A stretch of 62,574 nt of DNA, filler included, from Platydemus manokwari (lineage: Eukaryota): assembly GCA_037951405.1 (NCBI GenBank). It is 6 parts of 6 records of this genome, joined end to end, with 100 filler letters (N's around TTAATTAATTAA, not from the genome) between each part and the next. Parts side by side here need not be neighbours in the genome. Positions count along the whole stretch, not along the records: positions 1 to 10,400 come from JBBMOY011136772.1; positions 10,501 to 23,521 come from JBBMOY011876942.1; 4 more parts are not named here. One strand, written 5' to 3'. Below, piece after piece: positions 1-12,446 of the stretch. A program made the translations under genes and the position numbers. The notes under the pieces are model-generated. The model saw only the letters and a program-made list of their open reading frames with translations, had not been told where the DNA came from and made no database searches. Position 1 is the first letter of the stretch. Every line of letters starts with the position of its first letter.

Positions 1-1929
1 CTGCAAATGAACAACCAAAGTAGAATGCCTACTAAATGAATGAATTGGACAATATTGAATAGAATCAAATAATTTACTAAAATAAAATATCACCATAAAA
101 ATTATTTAATTTTTTAAAATAAAATTACAAAAATTAATATCGAAAATTTTAAATAAAAAAATATCTGAAAAATTTATTTTAATAATTGTTGTACTTTTAA
201 TATTAAAAGGAAAAACAATTCTATTTTTGGCTGTATTTTATAAGATACATTATAAAATATTTAAATATCATATATTTAATTTATTTTTATTCATTTTTTC
301 CACTATTTAATCGATTTTTATAAAATTTTTGGTCATTTTTAATTCATTTAAATCTTAATTTATTAACGAAAACATTTTCATATCACACAATGTGTTACTC
401 TGGTTTATTCTGTGCAGCACCATTTGACATTTTTGTTTAAATAACATATTCATCAAGGAATATCTTTGTGCGCCGGTTATTTTACTTTTGCAGATTCCAA
501 AATAAACTGCGGTCAATATTGAACTCAAAATATCCTTAAATAATATGTTAGAGTTCTCACGGCTTAATTATGAGAAGTACCGAAATTAGTTAAAGTAACA
601 AGGGTTCGAACCCACCATTGCGTGATTTATGAAATAGAAAATTCTATATATTATCTGAAACTGATTAGCTGAAAGAACCAACACACATTGGCCTTTCCAT
701 TGGGAAACCCCCATATTATTTCAAATAATAATAATAATTTTTGATCTCGCAGTTTAAAATTCCATCATTGAAAAACGTTGTACGGATAAATGATTAGATT
801 TTACAGTTAAATTAACAAAATAATATTCTATCATTCCAAACATTATTCTCAGATTTAATCATATAAAAATTATATTACAAAAGTTATATTATCAATGAAC
901 AATAAAATATTCTAATAAAACCTTTATGTGTAACATGTTGATGAGCTCAATGATTACTGTGATGGCCAATCGCCAGATTATTTGAATGAAAATATTTAAT
1001 ATTGTCTCCAAAAGGGAAATCCATTTATTTGATAGATAATCTGAATTGATAAATACTTTATCCATAAACAATAATAGTGAATTTATTGTAATATTCTACT
1101 AGGATAATATAATTTAATTTCCATCAAGAAAGTCTAAAATTATTGACTAAAATTTTTATAAAGATAAATATCAAATAATAACTTTATTATTAATAATTAT
1201 AATAATAATGGTAAAGATAATAATTACAATAATAAAACTTCATTTAAAAAGCTTTGAAAACCCTTAACGATGTTTAGAAATAATTATATGGCATAATATT
1301 CATTCGAATACATCTTGAAATGATCATCTATCATGGGCCCACACAATATTTTAGTGTTAATATATACTTTATAAGATTAGTTCATTCAATTCATTTTATT
1401 TAATAACACAATATATGAAGATAAATGACCATAGTATCATAGGCAATGAATTTAATTTTATTAAAGTTAAAATTTATTGAATAAAATTTCAATAAAAATT
1501 ACAAAATTCGATGATTATTTATGATTATAGAATAAATTAAACCGATAAAAAATAACCAATTTACTACCTTCAAGAAAGACTTTCATATGATTCCAAATAG
1601 CAGAACTTATAAAAATTAAAAACATGGTTATCTGAAAAAAGATTAAGCACAATTAAATATAAACTTAGACTTACAAAAAATAAAAACGCGTCATACAAAT
1701 ACATTTTTTTCAATGGATGATATATTCCAACAACTGTATCTTGTGTAACAGGAGTTTCGACCTTGGTTCGACTACCTGATTTAACCCATTTAGAATATTG
1801 CGTAGATTTTGATTTTGTGTTGTGTTTGATTATGGCTGAGTTGACTTTATGATTTAGCTTATTTATAGTAACGGAAAATTTTAAAAAATCACGAAGCCCA
1901 TAAAATAATCCTTTTAAGATGTTCATCAT
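1..1929 (-). CDS. EI24: EI24 (etoposide-induced 2.4, autophagy-related ER membrane protein)-like gene, 3'-partial; exons 1929-1675, 1631-1568, 1040-922, 534-399, 76-1
   Basis: Exons are phase-compatible with GT-AG borders. Peptides GLFYGLRDFLK, KWISLLETILNIFIQIIWRLAITVIIELINMLHIK|DI and QFIHLVGILLWL resemble EI24 segments [44 protein letters not shown]|DI and FPIHLVGQLVSL (recalled). The gene runs off the window start. Confidence 0.7.
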
Positions 1930-4829
1930 CTAATTAAACTTTCAAAATTAAAATCGGAGTGCAATATTTTAAAACAAAATTCCTAACACAGTTTAAGAAT
2001 TGTTTTATAGATAATTATAAAACCATGATAGAAATATGTTATGAATTCAATGTGTTAGGTGCTTTTGAATTGATCATTCTTTTGCAAAACATAGGTTACA
2101 TAATCACTGTTGAATATTTTTTTAGTAAATATTTATTTTCAAAAATAAGAATCTATTAAAAAATGAAGAAAATACTATGTATGGAAATATATTTATTAAA
2201 TTACTTATTAGGAAAGTATTATTTTACTAAATTACTTAAGAATGTTAATATTACATTAAATTTCATTTTAATGAGTGTTTTAGTTCATACTTGGTGCTTG
2301 TATTTTTAAAAATGATGTTACTTAAACAATTAAGTAATTCATCAAGAATTCAATACAGTTCCCAAGAATACACCAGCAAAGAGTAACTTCTGCCTCACAG
2401 ATTTATTATAATGAATTAGATTAATGGAGTTTATTCATCATTGGTGTATAATTGATAATTAAATCACATATATAAGTTAGATATACTGCTTTTTGATATT
2501 TAGTAGTAATACTAACTTTACACTAGCTAGAAATTGATAATTTATATTAACCCGTTTGGTAGTAAAGTTTTCCCTGAATTTCTCCATGATTTAGATACAA
2601 ATCCCTTAAAATAAATTTACCCATTTAAATAAATTCCAATAATAGAAATAACGATAGAAAGTCTCTAGCAACATGGTAATCGCGCATACTAGATTATAGT
2701 ATGAAAAATGTCATTCATTAATTATGGGACAAATAACAGGTTTAATAATCGAGAAATTCTCTACGGTAACAAACTGTGTCGAATGGTTACAATAATTTTA
2801 GCCATTGCCATATATGTTAATGAGTCACTCGAAAAAATTCTCTATGATAATTTATTTAATGCAATATGTTGAATATGATTAACAAAATACTGTAAACGAT
2901 TTATTAATCACAATAATACAACTTTACCTCCCAAAAAACAGTCTAACACAATTTCTAACATAAACGCAAAACTGGCATCTAAAACTCTGGCAACTAAATA
3001 TACTGGCCATTGACCATCGCGGTCTCATTATTTATATTCATGTTTTGTGTGTTTCGTTTTTAATTGATTGTTTTGTTTATTGCTTTTTCGTTGGATCCGA
3101 CGACCATAAGATGTGGGGATTAGTCAATCCCTATGCGTGTCTCCTCGTGTTATTATGTCTCTCGTAAAATTATGATTTTTCTGTTTAAGTCATCTGTGAT
3201 TCGTTGGTTGTTAAGCTTGTATGATTATGTCGGTGTTGGAATGTTTCAATTACTAAAACAAGGGTTTCAAGGTACGAAATCGTTTTTCTTTTCAGGATTT
3301 TGTCTTCACTCAACAAATATATGACATTCAATTATTGATGCACAATTTTACAATTACATGGATGAAGAATTTTTCCGTTTTGGTGATGAAAAGCCTGTAT
3401 ATTCTCAGAATTTGAAACTGGAAGACTAAGTCTAGTAATCTTAAGTCGTCCCAAAAACATTTTTTTAAATATAATATTTTTAGTTATCTAGCTGAGTTTC
3501 TGTTTTGCAACGATTTTGCCCGAATACTAAGAAGAGGTTTATACTTCAAAATTTTCTCTGAAATCGATAAAGTTAAAATCGATCTCTGTCCATAAGTGAA
3601 ATTGCATGAAATTTTGCTTTTTATTGTTATTGAATAATATTTTTTTAGTGTTTTTGATGTTTATTTGTAGTTATAATAATATATAGCAGTAATAATGATC
3701 TTATATCTAACAACAAAAGTAATAATTCGTGGTTAATATTTTTTATAAAGATCCATTTATGTTTTTATCAAAATTTATCCACGTCAACGACTCTGGTATT
3801 GAACTTAGATAATAAGAATACAAGAGCTTTAATTAAAACTGATTTGTTACGTTTGGGCCTTATTGATTTTATTGTTTTACTAAACTTAATTCTATTTGAT
3901 ACCACTACCGCCTTAATCAGTCTCTATGAGCTCTTGATTAAGGCCACAGGTGTAAGATACCTTATGTTGATTGTGTGAAGGCAATAGGTGTTGTAGTAGC
4001 GATGTATTCTAATTAACTTAATTATTAGTCTCAAAATACTCACCTCTATTTAAATTATTAACTATATTTTTTCACAACTCCTTGATTAAGTTGAAGGTTA
4101 ATAAACTCCACACTCTTGGATCAAAACCGGTTACCTTCAAGATTTTTGAGCAACAATAGTACTAAAACAATACGATATATAATATAAATCAGTATTTTAA
4201 TAAATCTAATCCCAGTGAATTTATTATTTTATCGATAAAATTTATTCACTGGTGAGAGAAATTCTCTCTAGATAATAAATTTATTAGACAGAGAAAATAT
4301 GTCTCGATTAAATTTAATCGAGTGATTATTTTATTCTGTGATAGAATTTACATGTACGAAAATAGATGACAATTTATTTGTCACTATGCGCGATATCTTA
4401 TTGCGTATTGATATTTTATAAATTAATTTATTATTTTGGGGAATTTTGACGGATTTGTTATTGTTGGTTTTATTGATATTATTATTTTATGTATATATAA
4501 ATAATTAATATAAATACCAATATTTCAAACGAGTCTTTGCGAGAAAATTTCAAGAGTTGTAAAAATAAAAAAACATACATGCTGATTAAATAAAAATTGA
4601 TACAAGAAAAATTAATGCAAATTTTATACGTATTATCTTGCAAATGTATACACATTTTTTTCAATGTAAATTTGTAACATTTTTGATGTTATCACCAACA
4701 ACTTTTCGTTGGTAAGACAATAATAAACGCATTTCCATGCGGTTATTGCTATATTTTGAGATGGTTCAAAATAAAAAAATGAAAAAAGCTAAAATTTATT
4801 ACACATAAACATATTATTCTTTTCAATGT

Positions 4830-6710
4830 GGTGGAACATGTCCTCGCATCATTTTTATATTATATACACAGTTTTTCTCTTTGTCCGATAATTTCTTCAA
4901 AAGGCTCATCAAATATGATTCCTCTCATTTTAAAAAATATAGATATGCTCTCTGTTTCAATTAGTTGGTGTAGTTTGAGTTCTAATACTGTTCAGTTATA
5001 TGGGGATTTAACTTTCTCAGATCTCTGCTTAACGTTTTGCATTATTTCTGATGATCATGTCAAGCCGTAGTCTTGTCACTGTTTCAGGTGGACTTGTATC
5101 AATGTCGGTGTCCAGTTCGAGTAATTGGAGGTAATGCTCGAGATCATCTAAGATAGTTGCGTGCCGTTTAGATGTCAGACCAGGGATCTCTGAACAATGA
5201 ATAAATATGTGGGCATAGGTTTCTTATTCCGTGTTGCATCTTCGGCAAAGTATGAATTTATTGATCTTCAAGAAATGTGATGTGAAGTTTAGCAGATTAT
5301 TCCAGAATCCCAGTGATAAGTGGAAGTTTTCCAGAGGCTTCTGTCATAGATGGGATTCTGAAAATCAGTGTACCAGTCTGCCTTGTCAGGTGAATTTCCA
5401 CATGAGATGAATTTCCACAATATGGTGATGAAATTCCATGCCAATTCGGTTTCTCCACATTTTTCTAACCACGAAGCACGTTTTGGTTCTTTGAGATTTT
5501 TTCCTCGGATAATTTGTCGGAAATCCCGAGTAGAGATGTTGATAGATCGTTGGTTTCAGGTAGCCTGCTTTTGACAATGTCGAGAAGATGTTGAATCATA
5601 AACCTTAGGAATTCCTGGTCTGGACTTGTCGGAAACTAGAAGGCACAGACAATGCTCTGAATGCAATAATCAATTAGGAATGTTGTGAGGTCGATTCCAC
5701 CCATTTTGTTAGAAAAATAAAGAAACTTACTGTTGCTTGAATATGAACAATCCATTTTCAGTATTTTGCGGCCTATCTGATTGATTTTCTTGTCAAATGA
5801 TTGGACCGGTTCTTTGTTGTAATTTATATTAATGTCCTTGAGTCTAGCGTTGTTGTTTCTACTTGTAGGATCCAGAAATGAAATGGTAATCTCGAGTGAA
5901 GAAAGATATCAAGGGATTGGAACTTGTGTGAAGAATGCAGTCTGTATTCGGCAATCGCTTCGAAGACCGGTAATGATAGATTGGAGTATATGATCGGCTA
6001 GTGTTCTTTTTGGTAGGCTAAAAGGGACTTCAAGATATTTGTAAACGTTTTCGCTGTCCCCAATTAGCATTGATTCATCACAGATCGACATGTCAATCCT
6101 GTTTCGAATGTTTTTGCAATAATATTCGCATTTGAAGGTGTTCATAACAATTTGGATATCTGTTGCTTGATGAATTAGATGGTTGAGCTAATTTTCGAAA
6201 TTTTCGCCGGAATTTGCAAGGGTAACGATGCTAACTGCATAAGCTAAGGTGAAGAATTGGCTGTTATGGAGGGTGAAACGCTCCGGTACGTTTGCTGATG
6301 ATCTGATTAAAAAGTCAATGAATAGACAAAAGAGTGTCATAAACAAGGGGCCTCCTTGCTTGATAACCCGGTATTTTGGAATAAGTGGAGTTTTCAGTCG
6401 GCCGCAGGAATAGGTCAATTTTGATTCTTGATACAGTGCCTGGATCATCTCGATGTAATTGATATTACATTCCATTTTGTCCAGGGTGTGCCAGATGATC
6501 CAGTGTGATAGATTTGGGAAGGCTTCTCTGAGGTTAATCCAGCAGAGATGGAGATCCTTGTTGAGTTGGGCCACGTATTCTTGCAGAGAAGATAGGTATG
6601 CATTGTGTTCTGCACAACTATCTGAGGCGAACATAGCTTTTTGACTTGGAAAGAGCAAGTTTCCGGAGTATAAATTTTAGAGTCAGAAAGGAGGGTTATT
6701 TTTGATACCA
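4830..6710 (-). mobile_element. Decayed RLE-type (NeSL/Utopia/R2-like) non-LTR retrotransposon, 5'-truncated
   Basis: RT motifs in ORF 6188-6658: QKAM..CAEH, WINLREAF, IKQGGPLF..LF, LAYAVS (degenerate YADD). Downstream are a CCHC knuckle CRRCNTE*ETYAHIFIHC (~5247-5194), an RH motif and endonuclease-like RLDMII...EVKSPY (~5070-4997). Multiple stops and frameshifts. Confidence 0.85.
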
Positions 6711-7056
6711 CAGAGCTAGAAGAGTTAAAGAATTTATATTTATACCTTTAATTTATTAATTAATCCTTTAGAATTAGTTTTTACAAAAAACTAAACAACC
6801 TCCTAACAGATATTTTAAGTGATCAACCAAATAGTAGTAAGAAATTATGCATTAATAATAAAAATATTGATAAAACTGTACTGTATAATATTTTGTATAA
6901 AAGGCAAATTATAAAATTTGATATATTAAGAATTTGACTTTAACTATCAGTTAATGAAACAATAATTTTATTCAAACAACAGCTCTTTAATTATATTATC
7001 TATTATTAAAAATTAAAATTATTGATCATCGCATAGAAACAAGCTATTAATATCAC

Positions 7057-8549
7057 ATGAGAGAAATTGTCTATGTCCAAATTGGTCAGTGCGGCAATCA
7101 AATGGGAACAAAAGTAATATTGTCAGTCATTATAAAATAAAAATTCAAGATTTGTTTATTTTAAGTTTTGGGAGATTATGTCAGACGAACATGGTCTTGA
7201 TCCTAGAGGACTCTATCGAGGTGAATCAGATTTACAATTAGAGAGAATAAATGTATACTACACGGAAGCAACAGGTGCAAGCATTATTATTTAAATAACT
7301 ATAATGATTCTAGGTGGAAAATATGTTCCAAGAGCAATATTAGTCGACTTAGAACCTAGTACAATGGAAACATTGCGAGGTAGCCCATACGGACAGATAT
7401 TTCGACCAGATAATTTTGTATGGGGGCAGAGAGGATCTTCAAATAATTGGGCGAAAGGTCATTATACTGAAGGTGCAGAACTTTTAGAATCTGTAATGGA
7501 TTTATTGAGAAAAGAAGCAGAAGGCTGTGATTGCTTGCAAGGATTTCAAGTAGCCCATTCTATTGGTGGAGGTTGTGGAGGAGGTATGGGTACATTACTG
7601 CTTCAAAGAATTAAAGATGAATATCCAGATAGGATTAATATTACATTTTCCGTTTATCCTTCGCCAAAGGTTTATAGAATAATTTATTATTATGAAAATG
7701 ACCTCAAATTTTAAATTTTTAATGATTAGGTTTCTGATGTCGTAGTTGAACCGTACAATGCTGTTTTGTCTATTCATTTAATGCTGGATTTTTCGGATGA
7801 AACTGTCGTTATAGACAACGAAGCTTTATTTGATATATGCCAAAATACTCTGAAAATAGCTCCAACATATGGTGATTTGAATCACTTAATATCAGCTACA
7901 ATGGGCGGTGTAACTACATGCTTTCGTTTTCCCGGTCAATTAAATGCTGATCTTAGAAAATTAGCCGTTAATATGGTTCCTTTCCCACGTTTACATTTTT
8001 TTATGCCTGGTTTTGTACCACTGACATCAAGAGGTAATCAGCCTTATAAAAATATTAGTGTTCCCACACTCGTTCAGCAAATGTATGACGCTAAAAATAT
8101 GATGGCTGCTTGCGATCCTAGAAATGGAAAATATTTGACTTGTTCTGGGATTTTTAGAGGAAGAATGAGTATGAGAGTGAGTTTTTTCTTTATAAACATG
8201 CTATTGATTATTGAGATTCTTTAAGGAAGTTGAAGAACAACAGTGGAATATCCAAAATAAAAATTCACGTTATTTCGTTGAATGGATACCAAATAATATT
8301 AAGACTGCAGTTTGTGACATTCCACCTAGAGGTATGAAAATGGCTGCAACATTTTTGGGAAATACTACTGCTTTACAATGGGTATTTAAAAGGATAGGGG
8401 AACAATTTTCAGCTATGTATAGAAGACGAGCTTTTTTACATTGGTATACGGGAGAAGGAATGGATGAATCAGAATTTCCTGAGGCCGAGTCGAATATGAA
8501 TGATCTTATAAGTGAATATCAACAATATCAGGATGCAACTGTCGATTAA
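7057..8549 (+). CDS. TUBB: Divergent beta-tubulin, 430 aa; exons 7057-7113, 7166-7274, 7314-7669, 7730-8176, 8226-8549
   Basis: MREIV start, [54 protein letters not shown]. Four GT-AG introns (52, 39, 60, 49 nt) give one continuous frame. Confidence 0.97.
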
Positions 8550-8604
8550 ATAAGAAGATTGGAATTGTCATTAAACATCATTAATTTTATTGTATTTTTC
8601 CACC

Positions 8605-8610
8605 AATAAA
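8605..8610 (+). terminator. Probable polyadenylation signal (AATAAA) of the beta-tubulin gene
   Basis: AATAAA lies 56 nt after the stop codon. Chance occurrence is possible in AT-rich DNA. Confidence 0.45.
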
Positions 8611-10400
8611 TTGTTCCCTCCAAACTAATGTGGTTATTATTATATCTCAGTATAGGAATTATTATTTATTCGTTTCATAGTGTTTCCGATTAATGAGGAA
8701 TTAGACTATTTAGTAAAGAAATAATCATTGTAACCGTGAAACGTTAATATATTTAAGTAAATGTTGGTTTCACAAACCAAGAATCTAGATCTTAAATCTA
8801 TAATGTGAAAATAACGAAGTCAAATCAGAAAACTTTTTTGTGCTGGGAAGTGAATATATGGTATGAATAAACCTTATAACCTTTTTAATAATCTTTAAAA
8901 CTATTTAACCATGCAATCCTAGAAATTTGTAAAAAAATATACAAGTTAACGTAGCTTATGAGTTGTATATTTAAGTTAGTCTTTCAATTATGTAACCTGA
9001 AACAATTAACTCAATCACACTCAACTTGCATGCGTAAAATAATGAGCCATAAAAAATAAAATAATAAAACTATTTCATGATAACTATAATGATTTAAACG
9101 AGCTCCATGGTGGGCCTAGGTTTATATAGAATCGAACAAACGAAGAGAATCTCAAACCATGAACAATGATGACCCAAAATGTTATAAACAAAACAATTAA
9201 TTATTTTTACAATATAAACTTGCTGTGAATTTCACCTTTGAAATTAATTTTGCTATTATGTTGGATTTTCTGAACAGACTTTGTGCACATATTATACATA
9301 ATAAAATGTATTACCTTCAGATTGAAAAACAAAAGAGATCTGGAAGAAAATAAATTAAAATTAAAATTAAATAATGTCAAAATATAGAATTAACATTTAA
9401 AATTAATAGACCTAGGTAATTAAAAATTCGACAATCTTTACCTGTAGGCTACCAATATTTGAACGACGTCAAAATTATATAAACTATTTATATTACCATT
9501 GATAATTTAAAAATTGTGATCATATCAGCCAAGGTGAAAAATAATAAATTATTCAGATTGAGAAAACCAATGACAGATAAATAAATAAAGCAACAAGAGT
9601 CGGCATATATGAAAATAAAATAAATAGTGGATAAATTCAGTTATTTGGGACTCAAATAAATTACGACAAGACGTTCTTCTTTAAAAACATTTAATTGATG
9701 TTAAGAAACGCTTATCGTTAAAAGCTAAAATATTGCGGAGAGATTTGAATCTGCAAATCTTATACAGAATTATTAGAGAATTGTGAAGTGTACTGAGCAC
9801 ATTTAAGAGCGGAAATGTTGCTTAAAATGTTATCAGAAAAATTGCAGTGATTATCGACGGTGTTCAATATGCAAGTTTATATATTATCTTAAAATCTATA
9901 ATAAATAATTCTAAGTTTTTACAGGTCAATTTTCTCTAGTTGGTTCGCAACCCTTTAATTGGCAATAAATTTGTCAATTGATTTCTCCGATTTTATAGTA
10001 AAGTTGAATAAAACATGCTGTAACTGATATTGATTTGATTTATGCTTTAATTTAATTTTATCCATTTCTTAATTTGATATCCATTCCTTAAGTGCTAAAC
10101 GCTTTAATTATTTTTGTTTAGCGAAATAATTATTTTGTGTTTGTGCATCCTCTCTTTTAATTTGTAAACCGGAAGATGGAGGTTATATAGAGCGATACAG
10201 GGTTGAGCAATGCTAATTAAAAATTAAATAATAAACCGATGAGCAAAATCACAATAGCAATAATAGTGAAAAATAGGAAACAAATCAAACCAATAAGATG
10301 ACAACAATATTATATTGGGTCTTTAACTTAATAACCGGAATTTGACACCAGATGTAAACACTTGTGTGTGTGCTGTAGCAAATCATTAACATACACGTCA

Positions 10401-10500
10401 NNNNNNNNNNNNNNNNNNNNNNNNNNNNNNNNNNNNNNNNNNNNTTAATTAATTAANNNNNNNNNNNNNNNNNNNNNNNNNNNNNNNNNNNNNNNNNNNN
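10401..10500. other. Artificial assembly linker N44-TTAATTAATTAA-N44
   Basis: Identical 100-nt block at five places; the core gives stop codons in all six frames. Confidence 0.97.
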
Positions 10501-12446
10501 TACTTCTACTATATCTTTAGAATATAACATGTAATAATAACTGTGAGATATTTTAAATGAATTAAATTTTTAATTCAAATTTAATTCTCATTTTATATCA
10601 AATCATATTTATATAAAATTAAAATTATTTGCTTAAATATTTTAGATTTTTGGTGTCTTGACTTTTCAGTTTGTTTTCAATATGTGGTTTTTAAAATAGT
10701 AGCGGCAAGTAATAGCGAAATTAATAACAAAACAAAACATTTATCTTAAATATATCTCCGAGACTCATTCTGATTTAATTTTTAAATGATAAAGTCTGGA
10801 TATATTTATAATAATTTTCGATTCAGACCAACCAGAATATATTTATCCAAAATTAATTAAAACAATAAATATTTATGAAATTTTATTTATTTGATCAACA
10901 ATCGTGTTGAAATAAGGCGACAAGATGGTGGACTGAGGGAATCAAGGATCAATGAAAATATAAATTGCTAAATAATGTCACACAGAAAGGATAAAAATAC
11001 AGAAAATATCAAAAAGAAAATAATCGATAATTCAAAAGAAATTTCAATTGGTGAAGTTGAAAAAAATGCTATTTATAGGAATCAAAAAATCAGGCCAAGC
11101 ATCGTTAATCAAAACAATTTATAAGAGCATTAAAGTACCAAACACGCACAAAAGTTTTACCTAACATATACTACATATCACAAGCAAGTGTACTATCAGA
11201 TGTTGGAAGACTATTAAGTATTTAAACAAATATAATAAAGCAGTTGAACACCAAGTGGATAAATCAATGTGACTGAGTAAATTTCCTCATAAAATCGGAA
11301 GTCAGTTGGAATTGAGTATGTACAGATACTTCAAGTGTAAGCTCAAGTAAATAATTTTGTGTTCTTACAGATTCCTGGTTTCTATTTGCTGCATCCTTTA
11401 GTCCATATCGATAGAACTTATATTAATGGTTAAACATAGATTTGTAAGTTTTGTTAATTATTATCACTTCAAGAATCTTTAATTAAGTATTAAATTGATA
11501 TTTAGATCGGTGACTAAGTTACTGTTGTTTTTCAAATTTTAACGTTCTGTTTGTCATCAAATGTTTTTGTTTTAACGTTTTAAATCATTCGAAAGAAGAT
11601 GTTTTTCTGAAAAATCAACATTCTCGACACCTTTTTTGTTTATATTAACATTTCTCTGGAACAGCATAAACTAATTTGGAGTCTAATTGTTAATGAAACA
11701 CATCAAATAAAACAAACATCTCTCGAAACGAAATAACAATAAAGATTAAATAGCTGAGAGTATTGTTATTCCTGTTTTTTCATTGCACAAATCTACCTGG
11801 TTACAACAAATAAGCACTCACGCTTCCAACAATCGGTATCTTGGAACAAAGGTCTAACACAACAAACAGGAAGCAAGGACTTATAAGTTGGTGATTATTT
11901 CCAAAATTTCTATGCAGTTCACATCATTTCTAGTTACTTAGCTAGTTTCTTAGCTACTTGTTAAGTCATTGATTAGAAAATTTAATAGACTGTATTTTGT
12001 ATCGATAAAACCTAGTTCACGAAAAATATATTAAAAGTAAGATATTTTAATACCATCGCAACCCGAATTGATAATATCGCCATTTGACTCTAAAACCACT
12101 TATTGATTATTGATAATAAAATCGATTTATTAATGTTCTAATGGATTAAATATTAAAGCACATTAAAACAAACGTATTATTTATAAAAATAATATGAATG
12201 CCGGTGATAAAATACAAAACACACACGTCGCTTATTAATATATATATTTCGTCGAATATAAATGTCAATTCAATAATATTGAAGAGAAATTATCATTTGG
12301 TAAATTAAACTGATCAAACTCAATGATAATGAATCTAAGGACACCTTAGAATCATTACTTCTTCCTTGCATGAAACAGTAAAAAAAGAAAAAAAATAGAG
12401 CAGAAATGTCAAATCAATTGGATAAAATAATAATTTTCGTTGTAAG

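Noticed and set aside
600-640. tRNA gene (GGTTCGAACCC B-box)
   Set aside because: No convincing A-box or cloverleaf; at most a decayed tRNA-derived SINE.
3909-3945. Hairpin gccttaatca...tgattaaggc as a structured ncRNA
   Set aside because: Too short for a pre-miRNA, embedded in LTR-like repeat sequence, and without other support.
8547-8580. Stop-codon reassignment or readthrough restoring the tubulin tail
   Set aside because: Readthrough gives IRRLELSLNI, which is not acidic. Other intact genes have no in-frame stops and end normally in TAA or TGA.
9230-9490. Minus-strand mini-exons (9339-9315 and one ending ~9442)
   Set aside because: Splice-like signals are present but give no coherent ORF or homology; insufficient support.
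10445-10456. TTAATTAATTAA recurring five times at ~10-kb spacing
   Set aside because: Always centred in identical N-blocks; a synthetic six-frame stop linker, not biology.
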